DNA of 33,243 nucleotides, from positions 1 to 33,243 of the forward strand of contig JAHLWZ010000984.1 of NCBI GenBank assembly GCA_020536535.1, read 5' to 3'. A program made the position numbers and the translations under genes. Below are positions 31,603 to 33,243 of the stretch, in pieces. The DNA is from Pelomyxa schiedti. Its lineage: Eukaryota; Protista; Evosea. The notes below the pieces were generated by a model that was not told the DNA's origin, made no database searches, and saw nothing but the letters and a program-made list of their open reading frames with translations. How positions within the stretch are numbered: the first letter of the stretch is position 1; every line of letters begins with the position of its first letter.

Positions 31603-32791
31603 TTACAGCTGACAATGCAGGTGAGCAAGTACAACTCCGGAAATGGGGTCAGATAAACAAAGGTCCAGGCATTTGGAGGTGTGAGTGTGGTTCGAAATGT
31701 TGGTTGTGGTACTGCTTGTGGGAACAACCACAGGAACAAAGCCACAGTTTGTAGGTATAAGCCTGACTGGAAAAGAGTCACCTGGAAGGGGAATTACACA
31801 ACAGGGGGTGAAGTCTGATGAATTGAACACTGTCATGGTTTTCTTGCTGTTAATTTGGCACAACTGGTGTGGACCAAGGTAGGTATACATAAAGGAACCT
31901 GGGAGTGATGGGAATTTGTGCACTATTTTTTTGGTGTTGGTGTTGAACACCTGCCATAACGAAGCCTCTTGATCCCAGTGTAATGTGTGCAGTGTATTGT
32001 TGACCCAAATGGACTCAACAGCTCCAGGTGCACCAATAGACTTCTCAATCACCAGGGTCTTGCTCTCAAATGTTCTCACCAAATCAACAAACTGTATCTC
32101 ATCTGGGTACAACAAGATAGCTTTGTCCAAATCAAAAGGAAACATGCTCACACCAAAGATCAAGTGAGATACGTAAACCCCAGTTGAACTCAAATCACTT
32201 TCGTAATCTGGCAAACCACCATCAACTAGCCTCCACAGGCCCAAATCCCCATTGAAGCAAAGAATCAGCCACTTTTCATTCACCCCAATCCAGGTAAAGT
32301 CATCTGAAGGTTCTGTCGTAGATGCCAGGGTCTGCACATGAGACCCACTCCTGTCTACTACAAACACCCATGCACTGCCCACTTTGTGCCCTTCCATCAG
32401 GAATGTGTTCCCGTCACTGAATGCAGCAGAAATGCAAGTGGTGTACCCAGTATCTGGGCACAGGAATGAACCGCAGTCTACAACACCCAGTGTTGGTGAC
32501 ACCAGTACAAATAAGTGCGCACAAGTTCCATTACGCTCCTTTCCTTTTACAGTGCACAACCTCCTTGATTCCACAGACATCACCCATTTTTTCCCCCATT
32601 CAACCAATAATGGTGCCATTGACACAAAACGACAAATCGGTGGTAGCCGCTGAGCAGTAACGACACCAGTTTTTCTTCTGTGCTTGGTTACTTTTTTTTG
32701 GGATTTGTTGTTGGTTGTACGAGTGAGGTACGGGAGCGCAAGCGACGGCAACGAACTGGTCCTTGGCCTTCAGCACAGCAAAAAAGTCCAT
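31603..32791 (-). CDS. AKDQF/SPTLGVV family protein, copy 5
   Basis: Exon 1 MDFFAVLKAKDQFVAVACAP, intron 32720-32678, same motifs as the other copies. Confidence 0.85.
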
Positions 32792-32874
32792 CACCAAGCG
32801 AGTTACGATAAACAACTTTCTTCACACACAACCAACGACTCAACGACCAAGTAATTAGATACCCGCGCGAAACA

Positions 32875-33243
32875 ATGTCAAGCAAAAACAAAAGCACGAC
32901 GCCCAACGAGTCGTCAGCTGCCATCGCCACTTCTTCCTCCTCGTCGTCGCTCAACGCGATGCAGCCCGTGTCTTCGCCGTTCACGGTGCGCAAGGTGGTG
33001 GTGCTGGCCAACGACCCCAAGGACAGCCAGGCCGTGGTGGCCATGCTGGCCCCGTCGTCGCCGGGGGGCACGGGCACCGGGGGGGCCAGCGCCGTCGGGG
33101 GGGCGCCGCCGGGGTCGCCTGGGTCGCCGTCGCCGTCGCACGGGGCGCTCAACGCGAGCGCGGGGGCGCCCAGGACGCCGCTGGTGGCGAGGGCCCCGTC
33201 GTGCGGCGTCGACTTCGTGGCAACAATGCTAAATGACAAGGTG
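32875..33243 (+). CDS. 5' part of a gene running off the window; possible degenerate Ras/Rab-like protein
   Basis: ATG in an AACAATG context, and the frame stays open to the window end: MSSKNK...FTVRKVVVLANDPKDSQAVVAML-(G/S/P-rich)-RAPSCGVDFVATMLNDK. Confidence 0.6.
   Translation, partial: MSSKNKSTTPNESSAAIATSSSSSSLNAMQPVSSPFTVRKVVVLANDPKDSQAVVAMLAPSSPGGTGTGGASAVGGAPPGSPGSPSPSHGALNASAGAPRTPLVARAPSCGVDFVATMLNDKV

Noticed and set aside
1-33243. CRISPR arrays, tRNA/rRNA genes, transposases, prokaryotic operons
   Set aside because: None seen. The window is spliced eukaryotic sequence with no repeat-spacer periodicity or transposase/RT motifs.

Overview
Gene-dense, intron-rich eukaryotic DNA in the standard genetic code, with short GT-AG introns of mostly 40-70 nt. 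The family content resembles an archamoeba such as Pelomyxa; this is recall, not a database result. All gene models were spliced by hand. (1) 1-16 kb is a turnover-rich tandem array: a MORN-RING pseudogene, two paralogs of an ankyrin-like helical-repeat protein, two MORN-ubiquitin-like-TKL kinase genes, and MORN and kinase relics. (2) 16.2-26 kb is a single-copy core: SEC11 signal peptidase, a TRIM-PARP fusion, a Q-rich SPT3-like gene and a 7TM protein. The fusion has about 20 exons, and its PARP half is essentially invisible in the ORF track. It joins RING, B-box, B-box and coiled coil in frame to WGR, the PARP regulatory domain and a PARP catalytic domain with an H-Y-Q triad. (3) 26.2-33.2 kb holds five tandem paralogs of an 'AKDQF...SPTLGVV' family, then the start of a possible pseudo-GTPase. 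The TRIM-PARP fusion is the most interesting element.
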